From an uncultured Candidatus Poseidoniales archaeon (GTDB lineage Archaea > Thermoplasmatota > Poseidoniia > Poseidoniales > Thalassarchaeaceae), in the NCBI GenBank assembly GCA_963990035.1, contig CAXDMJ010000002.1, positions 3,441 through 67,440 on the forward strand: a stretch of DNA of 64,000 nt, given 5' to 3'. This document shows positions 9,232 through 19,573 of this stretch, piece after piece. A program made the position numbers and the translations under genes. A model generated the notes under the pieces. It saw only the letters and a program-made list of their open reading frames with translations. It was not told the origin of the DNA and ran no database searches. Positions within the stretch are counted from its first letter, which is position 1, and every line of letters begins with the position of its first letter.

Positions 9232-10533
9232 TCATTCCTTACAAATAACATATAATTTATGGCTACCAGTGCCGCGTTCCAAATCTAAATCAATCATGAA
9301 AGATTTTGAACCCTCTACGTCACGAAGTGCTTTATCCAATCTACGTTGTAGAGTTGGATGAATTTCAGGATCTAAAGTACACCTGAGGGTTATTTTTCCA
9401 ATCTCGATTCTTGCTGCAGCACTAGCAACCTGTTCAATTGAATGTAATTCTGGAGGAGTTAGTCTATGTTGTACAACTTCTCCAGTACTGACTACAAATC
9501 CATTCACTTCTTCATGATTGTTTAGAGGCTCTGTATGAATTAACAGTGGTCTTCTCCCCTCTATTCTTAACCATGAATGCCCGCTATCTTGTTTCAACGC
9601 TTTAGTTAACCATTCTTCTTGCAAACCACTCTGGATTAAAGCAGGATCAATTATAGAGATAAAAGCTCCAAAAGGTGGAGGTTTATTCAGGCTCTGAACC
9701 TGTGAAGTCATTTTTTCTCCTTCAATTTTTCCTAGAACATTCTTTTTTCCCATTCTGATGCAACGCCTAGATTCCTTTGAAGAAATAGACCCTATCCAAA
9801 GAGATAATCGATCTACTCTTCCACCCCCCTGGCTTAGCCATTCCCAAGTTTTTGGAACACCTGGGAATATAGTTTCAACAGTTGCTTCAACCATTTCTTG
9901 TTGTTCATCCCCGAGACGTGGAGACAAATCAAGTAACACAGCAGGCCCCCTAGGTCCATTTTGCAAATATTCATTCCACGAGTTAAGGACTGATGTTAAT
10001 GATGGTTGCATTTCATCGATATGATGATTTTGTGCATCTTTGGGCCTTGCAGGATCTAAATGTAACATTGCAATGGGTGGATGCGCTCTCGTTCCAGAAT
10101 CTCTAAGGCTATTCCAATAACTAGTAATTGCTCCTTCGGCATCACTTCCATCTCCAATTATTACTCGATCTAACGTTCTTTGAATCTCTTCACCATCCGA
10201 TGTGATATGCATATTTGCTGCACATAGAACTGCTATATTTCCATCTAATTCAACTCCCAAAGCAGGTCTTTTTAATTCAGTTGCTAAAGCTATCAATTGC
10301 GCACCTGAACCAGCCGCAGCATCAAGGATAACTCCGGCGGGCAAATCAAAATTTTCGATTTCTTTCGCTCTCATTACCGAAATTGACCATGGTGTAGACA
10401 ACCTCCTCATCTCTTCAGTCATATGTAAAGCAGGCTCTCCTTTACGAGCTGATTTTGCTTCATTCCGATTACTCGCTTCTTCAACGATTTTTTCCGAAGG
10501 TATCAATGCAATATGTTTTTTATCATTAGACAA
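9232..10533 (-). CDS. Class I SAM-dependent methyltransferase; an RNA N2-guanine or Trm1-like enzyme is possible
   Basis: Motif I 'VILDAAAGSGAQLIALA' and a motif IV-like 'LHLDPARP'. The 433 aa include a C-terminal extra domain. Confidence 0.55.
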   Translation of the reverse strand: MSNDKKHIALIPSEKIVEEASNRNEAKSARKGEPALHMTEEMRRLSTPWSISVMRAKEIENFDLPAGVILDAAAGSGAQLIALATELKRPALGVELDGNIAVLCAANMHITSDGEEIQRTLDRVIIGDGSDAEGAITSYWNSLRDSGTRAHPPIAMLHLDPARPKDAQNHHIDEMQPSLTSVLNSWNEYLQNGPRGPAVLLDLSPRLGDEQQEMVEATVETIFPGVPKTWEWLSQGGGRVDRLSLWIGSISSKESRRCIRMGKKNVLGKIEGEKMTSQVQSLNKPPPFGAFISIIDPALIQSGLQEEWLTKALKQDSGHSWLRIEGRRPLLIHTEPLNNHEEVNGFVVSTGEVVQHRLTPPELHSIEQVASAAARIEIGKITLRCTLDPEIHPTLQRRLDKALRDVEGSKSFMIDLDLERGTGSHKLYVICKE

Positions 10534-10552
10534 ATGTTCATCCCCTATTTTA

Positions 10553-11530
10553 TTATATCAAAGCTCTATCAATCTTAACTTCAAATCGCAACCATGTATC
10601 TTTCAATTGATGATCTTCACTATTCCCATATGCAATTGGTGGAGGTAATAATACTGTATGTGTGGTCCCTGTATCTTCTAACCATCCTCTATCTTCAGAA
10701 ATATCTAAACCAATAACTGCCCAACCAAATCCTTTGATATATCTTGAATCATCCCCTCCAGTTACTGGTAAATCCCCCTCATCTAATTGTTCTCCAGTAT
10801 CTGCATCCCATAGGATGTAATGAACTTCAATATTATTACCATCTGTAATGTGAACAGTCCTCTCATCCGGGCCTTTGAATACATGAACATCGAGATTAAC
10901 CATTGAAATTGGATTAAATTCAACATGTGTTGCTGTGATTGTAAAATCCTTTTCAGTAATATCTTCAGTCAAAGATATTTCAATAATCTCTGTACTATTT
11001 CCTTCCAAGCCATTTAACAGTAGATTTGAACTTCCTTCATTAGTGAATTCAACACCCCCTCCAACGATTTCTAGGATTAAGTCAATGGTTATATTTCCTC
11101 TATTATAAACAACAAAACTTGCTCTATCTCCATTACCTTGATGTTCCCAATCACACCTTAATTCACCAGGATACAGAAAGTTATCATCTTGATCTGCTAA
11201 GGATTCTGGCCAATCCCAGTCGCCTAATCTTGAATCACAGGTGTCGAATAACAGATCTGTTTCCCATGTCCATCTCCCATCTTCCTTTAATTCTGCTTCA
11301 GTAGCCCCGTTATCCGGAAATAAGTCTTTCAATTCATCTTGGAAAGATAAAGCAGCAATTGCTAGCCATATTGATGAAAATATAATTAATAGAACAGTAG
11401 CAAATGATAGTATCACCATAGTTCGGGGAACCGTCATTTCATTCAATCCGATAGGTATGGGGGGATGTTCAATTTCCTCCGATGTATCGGCTATCCAAGA
11501 CCTCGTCACAGCACTTTGTCGGGCCCGCAC
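10553..11530 (-). CDS. Membrane-anchored FKBP-type peptidyl-prolyl cis-trans isomerase
   Basis: An N-terminal TM helix 'MVILSFATVLLIIFSSIWLAIAAL' and a C-terminal FKBP domain ('VHYILWDADTGEQLDEGD...GFGWAVIGL...LPPPIAYG...LRFEVKI'). The start may be the internal Met (MTVPRT...). Confidence 0.7.
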   Translation of the reverse strand: MRARQSAVTRSWIADTSEEIEHPPIPIGLNEMTVPRTMVILSFATVLLIIFSSIWLAIAALSFQDELKDLFPDNGATEAELKEDGRWTWETDLLFDTCDSRLGDWDWPESLADQDDNFLYPGELRCDWEHQGNGDRASFVVYNRGNITIDLILEIVGGGVEFTNEGSSNLLLNGLEGNSTEIIEISLTEDITEKDFTITATHVEFNPISMVNLDVHVFKGPDERTVHITDGNNIEVHYILWDADTGEQLDEGDLPVTGGDDSRYIKGFGWAVIGLDISEDRGWLEDTGTTHTVLLPPPIAYGNSEDHQLKDTWLRFEVKIDRALI

Positions 11531-11620
11531 ATCATCAAGGTTAGCATATCACGTTAGTAAAGGAAGGTTCGATAAAAATTGATAAAATAAGCCTCAGTGC
11601 CCCGTTTTTAAGAAGATATT

Positions 11621-14600
11621 TCAATCTTTTACAATTTCATCTTCATTTGAAAGACCCAGCCAAGCAACTAGTCCTAATTCCGTTGCTAAAACAATTAATG
11701 AAATTAGTAATATCGTTGGTTCAAGTATTTGTGAACCTAGTAATAATAGCGATGCAACTATAGCAATTATAAGATCGAATAACCCCCAGATTCTCAACAC
11801 TCTTCTAAGCTGTAGAATTCCAATAACCCAGATAGTTGTTGATAAACTTATTAGAATAATTGGAAGATAAATAGTACTAAACACACCTGTCCATAATAGA
11901 CCAGAGTAGATTAGTAGGTGTGAATTTGTTGCTAACGTCATAGTCCATATTTCTTTTTTGAAATATACAGTTAATGCACATAATAATAGCGTCGTAATCC
12001 CAATTATTAGAGTAATTTCATCAATAGTTCCCTTTAATTGTTGAATCCAGTTAGATAAAGAAATTATTACAAATATTACTGCAGGTATCAATAATCCAAA
12101 TTCTACAGTTTGTTGATTTTTGATTGTATGGTAAATCACCAGTAGCAATGCCAACATTCCTGCCGGACCTGTGGAAATGAATACTATTGCCCACGCTCTC
12201 AATGAATTATTTGTTGTAGGCTCTCTTCCTGTCGAAATTCTTTTCATTTCGACCCATGCCATAGTAATTATCAATAATATAAGTAATACCTCTAAAATAT
12301 TCCAAGGCATAATCCACTCTAGAAGATCACCTTTGATTGGATTTACAGTAAATGGTGCAGGTAATGATTCATACAGAATAGTCCCTATCAATCGGCCGAG
12401 AAATATTGGCATTATGAACCAATCAATTGCAATTTGTACCCTGTCTATGAGATTTTTCTGATTCATTAATGAAATAATACATAAAAATAGTACAAGTAAA
12501 GTCATTATTGCCATATCAAATAGTTCAATATTACTACTTGCAGCTGCTAAATGGCCTGAGACTTGTATCAATACAACTCCGCTAATTGATATAGCAATTG
12601 GCATCTCAATTCCTAGAAAATGAGGTAATTCCAACTCAAGACCTTTTGTACGTTCTCGAGCTACAATCGCTAATATAGCGACGAAAATTCCAGTAGTTAG
12701 AAGAACTAAGTGATTTGTCCCAAAGATAAAACTAATTATTGTTGATGCACCAATGACTAATCCTAGTACTAGTAATATTATGACTGGTCTATGAGTTGCA
12801 TCAGTAAGATATAATTCTTCAATATCTTCAGTATATTCAGTCTCTCTTTTATTTTTTCTTTTATTTTTCAATTCAACAATCTTTGGATTGAATTTTTTCA
12901 CACCCCCAATCGATGTATAACTATCTTCAATATTTTGATTTTTTGCTAATTCCTTCAAAGAATTTCTTTTGGCAATACTCTTTATTTCTCTTCTTACTTC
13001 TCCATTAGCTACAAGCCAAATAGTACTAATTGCGAAAATAGTTATTGCAATTAAAATTTCATAAAATTCCCCTTTATTGTATACTAATGCAATATTTATC
13101 ACCAATAACCATAAAGATGCAAGTGCTGGATTCAAGAGTTTCTCCATTTCTTTTGCCTTTGAAAGATATACTAATATTAATGCACCAGTACAAAATAATG
13201 ATACTTTGGTAATTCCAAAACTTGGAATAATATTTGTATCAATTAACTCATTTGGATTTCTTGAAACTAAACTAATTAACATAGGTATTGCCATTAGAGA
13301 CATTCCGACCGAATACATTGATTCATCAGATCCATCATTTCTAAGGAGTAGGGTAATAGCAACAATACAATATATTAACATTAGAACTTCTTCGAGTCCA
13401 TATTGCCATTGTATTATTGTGTATCCTAAAGCAAGAGTTGCTAACATAATAGAAGATTTTCCAATTCTTTTCCTTACTAGTTCCGAAATCAAATGCAGGG
13501 CTGTGATTATGGCAAATATTCCTAAGAGTGTTAAAGCAGTAAATCCTCCAAATTTAGCCATGAAAATAATTGTAATGATTGGTAACCATAATCCAATACT
13601 CCAAAGTTGCAAGGCTCCTGAATCTCTAATAGATGCAGAAATTTCAGTTAATCCTAAGAATTTCGAGGCAAGATTCACTCCATTTTTGCCTAATTTGATA
13701 TTTACTATTGCCATTAGTAACGAAGCAATTGCTAAGTATCCAAAAAGAGGGGTTGGCTCAATTTGTATTATTGCACCAGGATCAACTCCTCCATTTGAAA
13801 CAACAAGAGTTCTAATTGTTTCTTCAACTAATTCTTCAATTATCAGCCATAACCATGGTAAGATGACTGTAATACCAGCCAAGGAAGGTGAGTTTCTTTT
13901 TACTGCTAAGAAAGCAGTTCCTATATGGACTAAAGATAATAATGAGAGAAGTAATAATCCTCCATCGCCATTAGCGCCAGAATTTACTATTTTTTCCGAA
14001 GCATCAGCTGGTATCATAATAACAAGTAATATTAAAATGACAACCGATCCAGTCCAAAGCACTCTATCTGTAACAGAATTTTGATCTCTCAGCATTACAA
14101 AACTAGTAATTAATACTCCACTTGTAGCAAAAAACTCATAAGAATCAAATGGGAGAATACTTGTAGATTCAAAAACTATTAGGGAAATTGAAAGAATCAC
14201 TCCAGAAATCAGTAAAGGTATGGCTACTCTTCTTGTTTCGACTCCTCTCACTACCAAGTAAGAGCCACCAAATGAAGATGCTAATATTGAAATTAAACCA
14301 ATAGCGTATCCTAAATCTTGTCGATTTGCACCTACAGCCATTAACGCACCAATCATTCCTAAAGATATCGAAACCCCCCATAATCCTGGTTCCCCTAAAC
14401 CTAATATTTTGAATGCTTTTGAAAACCAGTTTTCATCTTTAGCAAACTTTGCCGCCATACTCGCATTTATTCCAGTCACAATCATAATTAATATGAATAA
14501 AAGTAAGGGTGTTTCTAATTGAAGAATAGTCAATGAACCAATACTAAATCCATTGGTCAATGCATGCATTCCTACCCAAAGATTTGTTGAAGCGATACCA

Positions 14601-15349
14601 AGTGCTGCAAGGTTTCCAGATTTTCGATGTATTGCTAATCCATGAACTAAAATTGTTGCCATCAGAATCATTACAGCGATACCAATTTCACCATATCCAT
14701 AACCAGCAGCCGAACCGATTAGTAATAGAATAAGAGTTGATTGCGCTGCAATTGCATCATGTTTATGCCTATAGGAGAGGTAAACATTCAATCCAACAAG
14801 TGCTAGTAAAAGTATGCCTAGAATTTCAAAGGAAATCACTTCCCATCTTTGTAATTCTATAGCCAATCCATAAAGAATTTTCATTGAAATTATAATCCAA
14901 GTAATTCCGAGTAAATTCAAATTATTTTTAGAGACCCATAGTTCCCCTAAAGTTAATCCAAATAATGCTAAACATACTAGTAAAATAGTTGCATATAGTG
15001 GACTAAGTGCAATTCCAGATATGATGCTTATACCTGAAAATACCAGAATCATTGAAGCCATTAATATCCAATTAACTTTCTTCTCACCTTCTTTAGCAAG
15101 ATCAGTTATGATATCAATTTCTGGAGGATTACTCACTGTCCCATCTTCTTGAATAAAACCTGGTGAATTTTTATCAATTTTAGCGAATGGATCAAATATA
15201 TCTCCTAATGCTTCATCAACTTCTTTTTCCTCAAGAATAATTTTTTCTTCTACTTCATCTTGAATTAAAATATCTTCTAATTCGATAGAATCACTTATTT
15301 TAAATGCCCTTTTTCGAATGAGTTCATCATCCGAGTTGTCGGTATCCAC
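11621..15349 (-). CDS. Very large polytopic integral membrane protein of unknown function (1242 aa, >25 predicted TM helices)
   Basis: Hydrophobic segments of ~20 aa recur through the whole length. There is one charged cytoplasmic loop ('KNKRKNKRETEYTEDIEELY') and I recognise no catalytic motif. Confidence 0.7.
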   Translation of the reverse strand: MDTDNSDDELIRKRAFKISDSIELEDILIQDEVEEKIILEEKEVDEALGDIFDPFAKIDKNSPGFIQEDGTVSNPPEIDIITDLAKEGEKKVNWILMASMILVFSGISIISGIALSPLYATILLVCLALFGLTLGELWVSKNNLNLLGITWIIISMKILYGLAIELQRWEVISFEILGILLLALVGLNVYLSYRHKHDAIAAQSTLILLLIGSAAGYGYGEIGIAVMILMATILVHGLAIHRKSGNLAALGIASTNLWVGMHALTNGFSIGSLTILQLETPLLLFILIMIVTGINASMAAKFAKDENWFSKAFKILGLGEPGLWGVSISLGMIGALMAVGANRQDLGYAIGLISILASSFGGSYLVVRGVETRRVAIPLLISGVILSISLIVFESTSILPFDSYEFFATSGVLITSFVMLRDQNSVTDRVLWTGSVVILILLVIMIPADASEKIVNSGANGDGGLLLLSLLSLVHIGTAFLAVKRNSPSLAGITVILPWLWLIIEELVEETIRTLVVSNGGVDPGAIIQIEPTPLFGYLAIASLLMAIVNIKLGKNGVNLASKFLGLTEISASIRDSGALQLWSIGLWLPIITIIFMAKFGGFTALTLLGIFAIITALHLISELVRKRIGKSSIMLATLALGYTIIQWQYGLEEVLMLIYCIVAITLLLRNDGSDESMYSVGMSLMAIPMLISLVSRNPNELIDTNIIPSFGITKVSLFCTGALILVYLSKAKEMEKLLNPALASLWLLVINIALVYNKGEFYEILIAITIFAISTIWLVANGEVRREIKSIAKRNSLKELAKNQNIEDSYTSIGGVKKFNPKIVELKNKRKNKRETEYTEDIEELYLTDATHRPVIILLVLGLVIGASTIISFIFGTNHLVLLTTGIFVAILAIVARERTKGLELELPHFLGIEMPIAISISGVVLIQVSGHLAAASSNIELFDMAIMTLLVLFLCIISLMNQKNLIDRVQIAIDWFIMPIFLGRLIGTILYESLPAPFTVNPIKGDLLEWIMPWNILEVLLILLIITMAWVEMKRISTGREPTTNNSLRAWAIVFISTGPAGMLALLLVIYHTIKNQQTVEFGLLIPAVIFVIISLSNWIQQLKGTIDEITLIIGITTLLLCALTVYFKKEIWTMTLATNSHLLIYSGLLWTGVFSTIYLPIILISLSTTIWVIGILQLRRVLRIWGLFDLIIAIVASLLLLGSQILEPTILLISLIVLATELGLVAWLGLSNEDEIVKD

Positions 15350-15467
15350 GATACCTCTGGCGGGTGTTTATGACATAATTACATCGCTACTTCAAAAAAA
15401 ATATTATGTTCTCTATTTGCAATATCTATCCGTAATCATTGAAAGGTGGTTGACTTTGTCGAAGTAC

Positions 15468-17084
15468 ATGGAGACGACGTCGAGGGGCACCACCTCTTCC
15501 GAATTTGCAACATCTTTAGCGACTCATGGACTTAACCCAAGTGGCGCAGTGCACTGGAATTTAGGTTGGCAAGAGTTACATCGTATGTCAGTCGAACGTG
15601 GCGAAGCATCTCTCACAACTCACGGAGTATTGTTAGCAACGACTGGAGAAAGAACAGGTCGTTCCCCTAATGACAGATTCATAGTAAAAGAATCTGGTTT
15701 AGCAGATGATGTATGGTGGGGCGAAGTGAATAAATCAACCTCTCCTGAAGTATTTGATAAATTACTTGCTAAGGTTCAGAATCATCTCGATAGTAGAGAT
15801 GTACTATTCGTTAAAGATGCTCATTGTGGTGCTGATCAAAAATATTCTATGCCAGTTCGTTTAATCACAGAAAAAGCGTGGCATGCTTCTTTTTTCCATA
15901 ATATGTTTGTACGAAGTAAACCTAATGAATTAGTAGATCATATTCCAGAATATACTATTCTTCATGCCCCAGAACTTTTAGCAGATCCACGAGAAGATGG
16001 GATAAATTCGGGTGTGTTTGTAATTTTAGCTCTTGATAGAGGTCTTGTCATTATCGGAGGCACTCAATATGCTGGTGAAATTAAGAAGGCTATATTTACT
16101 ATAATGAATCATATTTTACCTGCTCAAGGGTTACTTCCAATGCATTGTTCAGCAAATACTGATTATAGTAATTCTGCTTTATTCTTTGGTCTTTCAGGTA
16201 CTGGAAAAACAACTCTTTCTGCAGACCCTGGTCGTGCATTAATTGGAGATGATGAACATGGTTGGTCTAATGATGGTATATTCAATTTTGAAGGAGGTTG
16301 TTATGCTAAATTAATAGGACTCTCTGAAGATGATGAGCCAGCTATATTCGCCACAACTAGAATGCCAGGTTCAGTTTTAGAAAATGTAATCTTAGATGCT
16401 AATGGAGTACCTAATTTTGAGGATGGAACTCTGACTCAAAATACTCGTGGCTCCTATCCTATTGAATCAATTGAGAATCGAACACCAGATTCTATGGCTG
16501 GACATCCGAAAGACATTGTTTTCCTCACTTGTGATGCCTTTGGTGTACTACCTCCCCTTTCTCGACTAACTCCTGAACAAGCAGCATATCATTTCATATC
16601 TGGATATACCGCTAAAGTCGCAGGCACTGAAATAGGTATAACAGAGCCTCAAGCAACATTTTCCACTTGCTTTGGAGCACCATTCATGCCAAGACACCCT
16701 AGTGTTTATGCTGATTTACTTTCAAATAAAATTCGAGATCATAGTGCTAATTGTTGGTTAATTAATACTGGATGGGTAGCAGGAGGATATGGGGAATCTA
16801 GTCGAATCAGAATTAAATGGACTCGAGCGCTTCTTAATGCAGCATTAGATGGTTCTCTTGATGATGTGATATTTGTAGAAGATGAGAGATTTGGATTCCA
16901 TATCCCAACATCTTGCGAAGGTGTACCGGATGAGATTCTTCAACCAAGAGATACTTGGTCGGATAAGACAAGATTTGATAATGTAGCAAATTTATTAGCC
17001 CAAATGTTCATTGAGAATTTCGAACAATACTCTGAAGGTTGTAGTCCAGATGTTCTATCTGCATCGCCTAAAGTTTTAGATTAG
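15468..17084 (+). CDS. pckA: Phosphoenolpyruvate carboxykinase (ATP)
   Basis: Carries 'TGRSPNDRFIV' and kinase-1a 'GLSGTGKTTLS'. The ORF-track start at 15318 overlaps the upstream gene, so I place the start at the in-frame Met at 15468 (METTSRG...), which gives the expected N-terminal length. Confidence 0.9.
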   Translation: METTSRGTTSSEFATSLATHGLNPSGAVHWNLGWQELHRMSVERGEASLTTHGVLLATTGERTGRSPNDRFIVKESGLADDVWWGEVNKSTSPEVFDKLLAKVQNHLDSRDVLFVKDAHCGADQKYSMPVRLITEKAWHASFFHNMFVRSKPNELVDHIPEYTILHAPELLADPREDGINSGVFVILALDRGLVIIGGTQYAGEIKKAIFTIMNHILPAQGLLPMHCSANTDYSNSALFFGLSGTGKTTLSADPGRALIGDDEHGWSNDGIFNFEGGCYAKLIGLSEDDEPAIFATTRMPGSVLENVILDANGVPNFEDGTLTQNTRGSYPIESIENRTPDSMAGHPKDIVFLTCDAFGVLPPLSRLTPEQAAYHFISGYTAKVAGTEIGITEPQATFSTCFGAPFMPRHPSVYADLLSNKIRDHSANCWLINTGWVAGGYGESSRIRIKWTRALLNAALDGSLDDVIFVEDERFGFHIPTSCEGVPDEILQPRDTWSDKTRFDNVANLLAQMFIENFEQYSEGCSPDVLSASPKVLD

Positions 17085-17086
17085 AA

Positions 17087-17103
17087 ATAATAAATTATTT
17101 ACA
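17087..17103. terminator. AT-only palindrome between convergent pckA and maeB (candidate bidirectional terminator)
   Basis: 'AAATAAT-AA-ATTATTT' sits in the 14-nt gap between the two stops and is followed by T-runs. Confidence 0.25.
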
Positions 17104-19414
17104 ATTTTTGTGTAGAGTGCCTTTGTGCATCAACAGCGCATATTGCAGCCATATGAACAACTTCTCTGACACTATCATCTCTCTGAAGTACGTGGGCAGG
17201 TTTTGCTAATCCTTCTAATATTGGGCCAGTCATTTCAGCTCCAGCGATTCTTTGAAGTAATTTGTAGGCAATATTTGCAGATGCTAGATTCGGACAAATT
17301 AGAACATTAGCAGCTCCCTCAAATTCCATGAATGGATAATTCCCCTGTATTTCTTCTATTAAAGCCGTATCTGCTTGCATTGGACCATCAATTATAATCC
17401 CTGGATCTAACTCTCTAGCTATTCGAACAGCTTCTTCGATACGATCGGTTCTCATTTCACCACTTGTCCCGAAATTTGAAAATGAAAGCATTGCAACCTT
17501 TGGCTTCACTCCAAATCTTCTAGCCACTTTAGCGGTTTGAACTGCAATTTCAGCGAGTGTTCTTGAATCTGGATAGATATTTATTGTAGCATCTCCAATA
17601 AACATTAACTGGCCATTAACTGTCATCATATACATCCCAACAATTCGATGAGTATCTATTGCTGGCCCTATTGTTTGTAAGCATGGTTTAACAATATCTG
17701 GATAATTATGTGAAATTCCTCCTAGATATCCATCTGCATCCTCCATATGAACCATCATAGGACCGAAATATGTGGTTGTTTTCAGTAATCTTACGGCATC
17801 TTCCATTGTCAGCCCCTTTCTTCCTCTTAGTTTATGAAATTCTTTCGCATAAGTTCCTCTTCTACGAGGATCATATCTTACATCTATTGTTTCACATTCA
17901 AATTCAAGACCTAATTCCTCTTTTACAGCATTAATTCTTCTTGTATGTCCAAGTAAAATAGGTTCACAAATATTCTCTGAAATGCATTGTGCAGCGGCTT
18001 TTATTATAGTGGGATGCTCTCCTTCTGCAAAAACAATTCTTTTTTTGTCTCTGCGTGCTCTGTTAATCACTCTCCGCATTATAGATCTTGTAAGTCCTAG
18101 TCTTGCCTCTAGTTCTTCTCGATATTTTTCTATATCAAACTGATCTGGTGTAAATTTTGCAATTCCTTCATCGACAGCTGCCTGAGCGACAGCACTTGCC
18201 TCCCAGATCAGCACTCTAGCATCGAATGGTTTGGGTATGATATATTCTGAACCAAATTGAATTTGTTCTCCATCATAAGCTGCAGCAACATCATCAGGCA
18301 CCGGCTCTTTCGCTAATGCTGCTATTGCTTTTGTCGCTGCCATTTTCATATTTTCAGTAATTTCAGTTGCTCTAACATCTAAAGCACCACGAAATATATA
18401 TGGGAATCCTAATACATTATTGATTTGATTAGGATAATCCGATCTTCCAGTAGCAACAATAGCATCTTCTCTTACTTTGTAAACATCATCTGGTAATATC
18501 TCTGGATCAGGATTTGCTAGAGCAAAAATCAATGGTCTTACTGCCATTGAAGCAACCATTTCTTTACTGACAATTCCTCCTTTAGAAAGGCCTAGGAATA
18601 CATCAGCATCAATCATTGCATCTTTTATTCCGCCCTCTTCAACATTTCTTGCAAACTCATCTTTATACTTATTCAGCTCACCATTCTTAGAACGTTTATC
18701 TGTCAAAATTCCTTTTGAATCAATCATCAATAAATTTTCTATTTTTACTCCTAAACGAATATAATGTCGAGCACAAGAAATTGCGGATGCACCTGCGCCA
18801 GAAACTACAACTTTCACCTCTGATATTTCCTTTTTGACTACTTCTAAACCATTCAATAATGCAGCCCCGGAAATTATCGCAGTTCCATGTTGATCATCAT
18901 GCATAACTGGAATATCCAATTCTTCGATTAATCTTCTCTCAATTTCAAAACATTCTGGAGCCTTTATATCTTCTAAATTTATACCTCCAAATGTTGGTGA
19001 AATTGCCTTTACTGCTTCAACAAATTCGTCGACATCAGTGCGGTCAATCTCAATATCAAAAACATCTATATCGGCAAATGCTTTGAATAATAAACCCTTA
19101 CCTTCCATAACAGGTTTACCTGCCAGTGCTCCAATATTTCCAAGCCCTAGTACTGCGGTTCCATTACTTATTACAGCGACTAAATTTCCTTTAGATGTAT
19201 ATTCAAATGCTGCATCAGGATTTTTCTCAATTTCTTTACAGGGATAGGCAACACCTGGAGAATAAGCCAGAGATAAATCTCTCTGTGTACCATGAGGCTT
19301 AGTTGGCACTACTGTAATCTTTCCAGCAGGTTTGGACGAGTGATAATCCAATGCGTCTTTTCGAAGTTGCTTATCTGTCAGGATTACATCCCCTTTATTT
19401 ATCCGGCAGACCAC
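17099..19414 (-). CDS. maeB: NADP-dependent malic enzyme, MaeB type, with a C-terminal phosphotransacetylase-like domain
   Basis: 771 aa with 'ALDYHS...[10 protein letters not shown]...[13 protein letters not shown]...[33 protein letters not shown]', close to E. coli MaeB. A PTA-like C-terminal half is present. Confidence 0.9.
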   Translation of the reverse strand: MVCRINKGDVILTDKQLRKDALDYHSSKPAGKITVVPTKPHGTQRDLSLAYSPGVAYPCKEIEKNPDAAFEYTSKGNLVAVISNGTAVLGLGNIGALAGKPVMEGKGLLFKAFADIDVFDIEIDRTDVDEFVEAVKAISPTFGGINLEDIKAPECFEIERRLIEELDIPVMHDDQHGTAIISGAALLNGLEVVKKEISEVKVVVSGAGASAISCARHYIRLGVKIENLLMIDSKGILTDKRSKNGELNKYKDEFARNVEEGGIKDAMIDADVFLGLSKGGIVSKEMVASMAVRPLIFALANPDPEILPDDVYKVREDAIVATGRSDYPNQINNVLGFPYIFRGALDVRATEITENMKMAATKAIAALAKEPVPDDVAAAYDGEQIQFGSEYIIPKPFDARVLIWEASAVAQAAVDEGIAKFTPDQFDIEKYREELEARLGLTRSIMRRVINRARRDKKRIVFAEGEHPTIIKAAAQCISENICEPILLGHTRRINAVKEELGLEFECETIDVRYDPRRRGTYAKEFHKLRGRKGLTMEDAVRLLKTTTYFGPMMVHMEDADGYLGGISHNYPDIVKPCLQTIGPAIDTHRIVGMYMMTVNGQLMFIGDATINIYPDSRTLAEIAVQTAKVARRFGVKPKVAMLSFSNFGTSGEMRTDRIEEAVRIARELDPGIIIDGPMQADTALIEEIQGNYPFMEFEGAANVLICPNLASANIAYKLLQRIAGAEMTGPILEGLAKPAHVLQRDDSVREVVHMAAICAVDAQRHSTQKL

Positions 19415-19573
19415 TCACCTATGATGCTATCCGATATCTAAGATTTGTATTATCAGCCTTCTGTACGTTCCTTTTTCAAAAAGATAGGGATTGAGTATCA
19501 CCTATGGTGTCTGGAGCATTAAAGGCACATTTAACACACGCTTTGATAATGTATAAAACGACCCGACTTAATA

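Noticed and set aside
13077-14084. 335-aa plus-strand ORF
   Set aside because: It lies entirely antisense within the 1242-aa membrane-protein gene. Its composition reflects the hydrophobic codons of the other strand.
15318-15467. The upstream 50 codons of the PEPCK ORF
   Set aside because: They overlap the end of the membrane-protein gene. The N-terminal length matches known PckA when starting at 15468.
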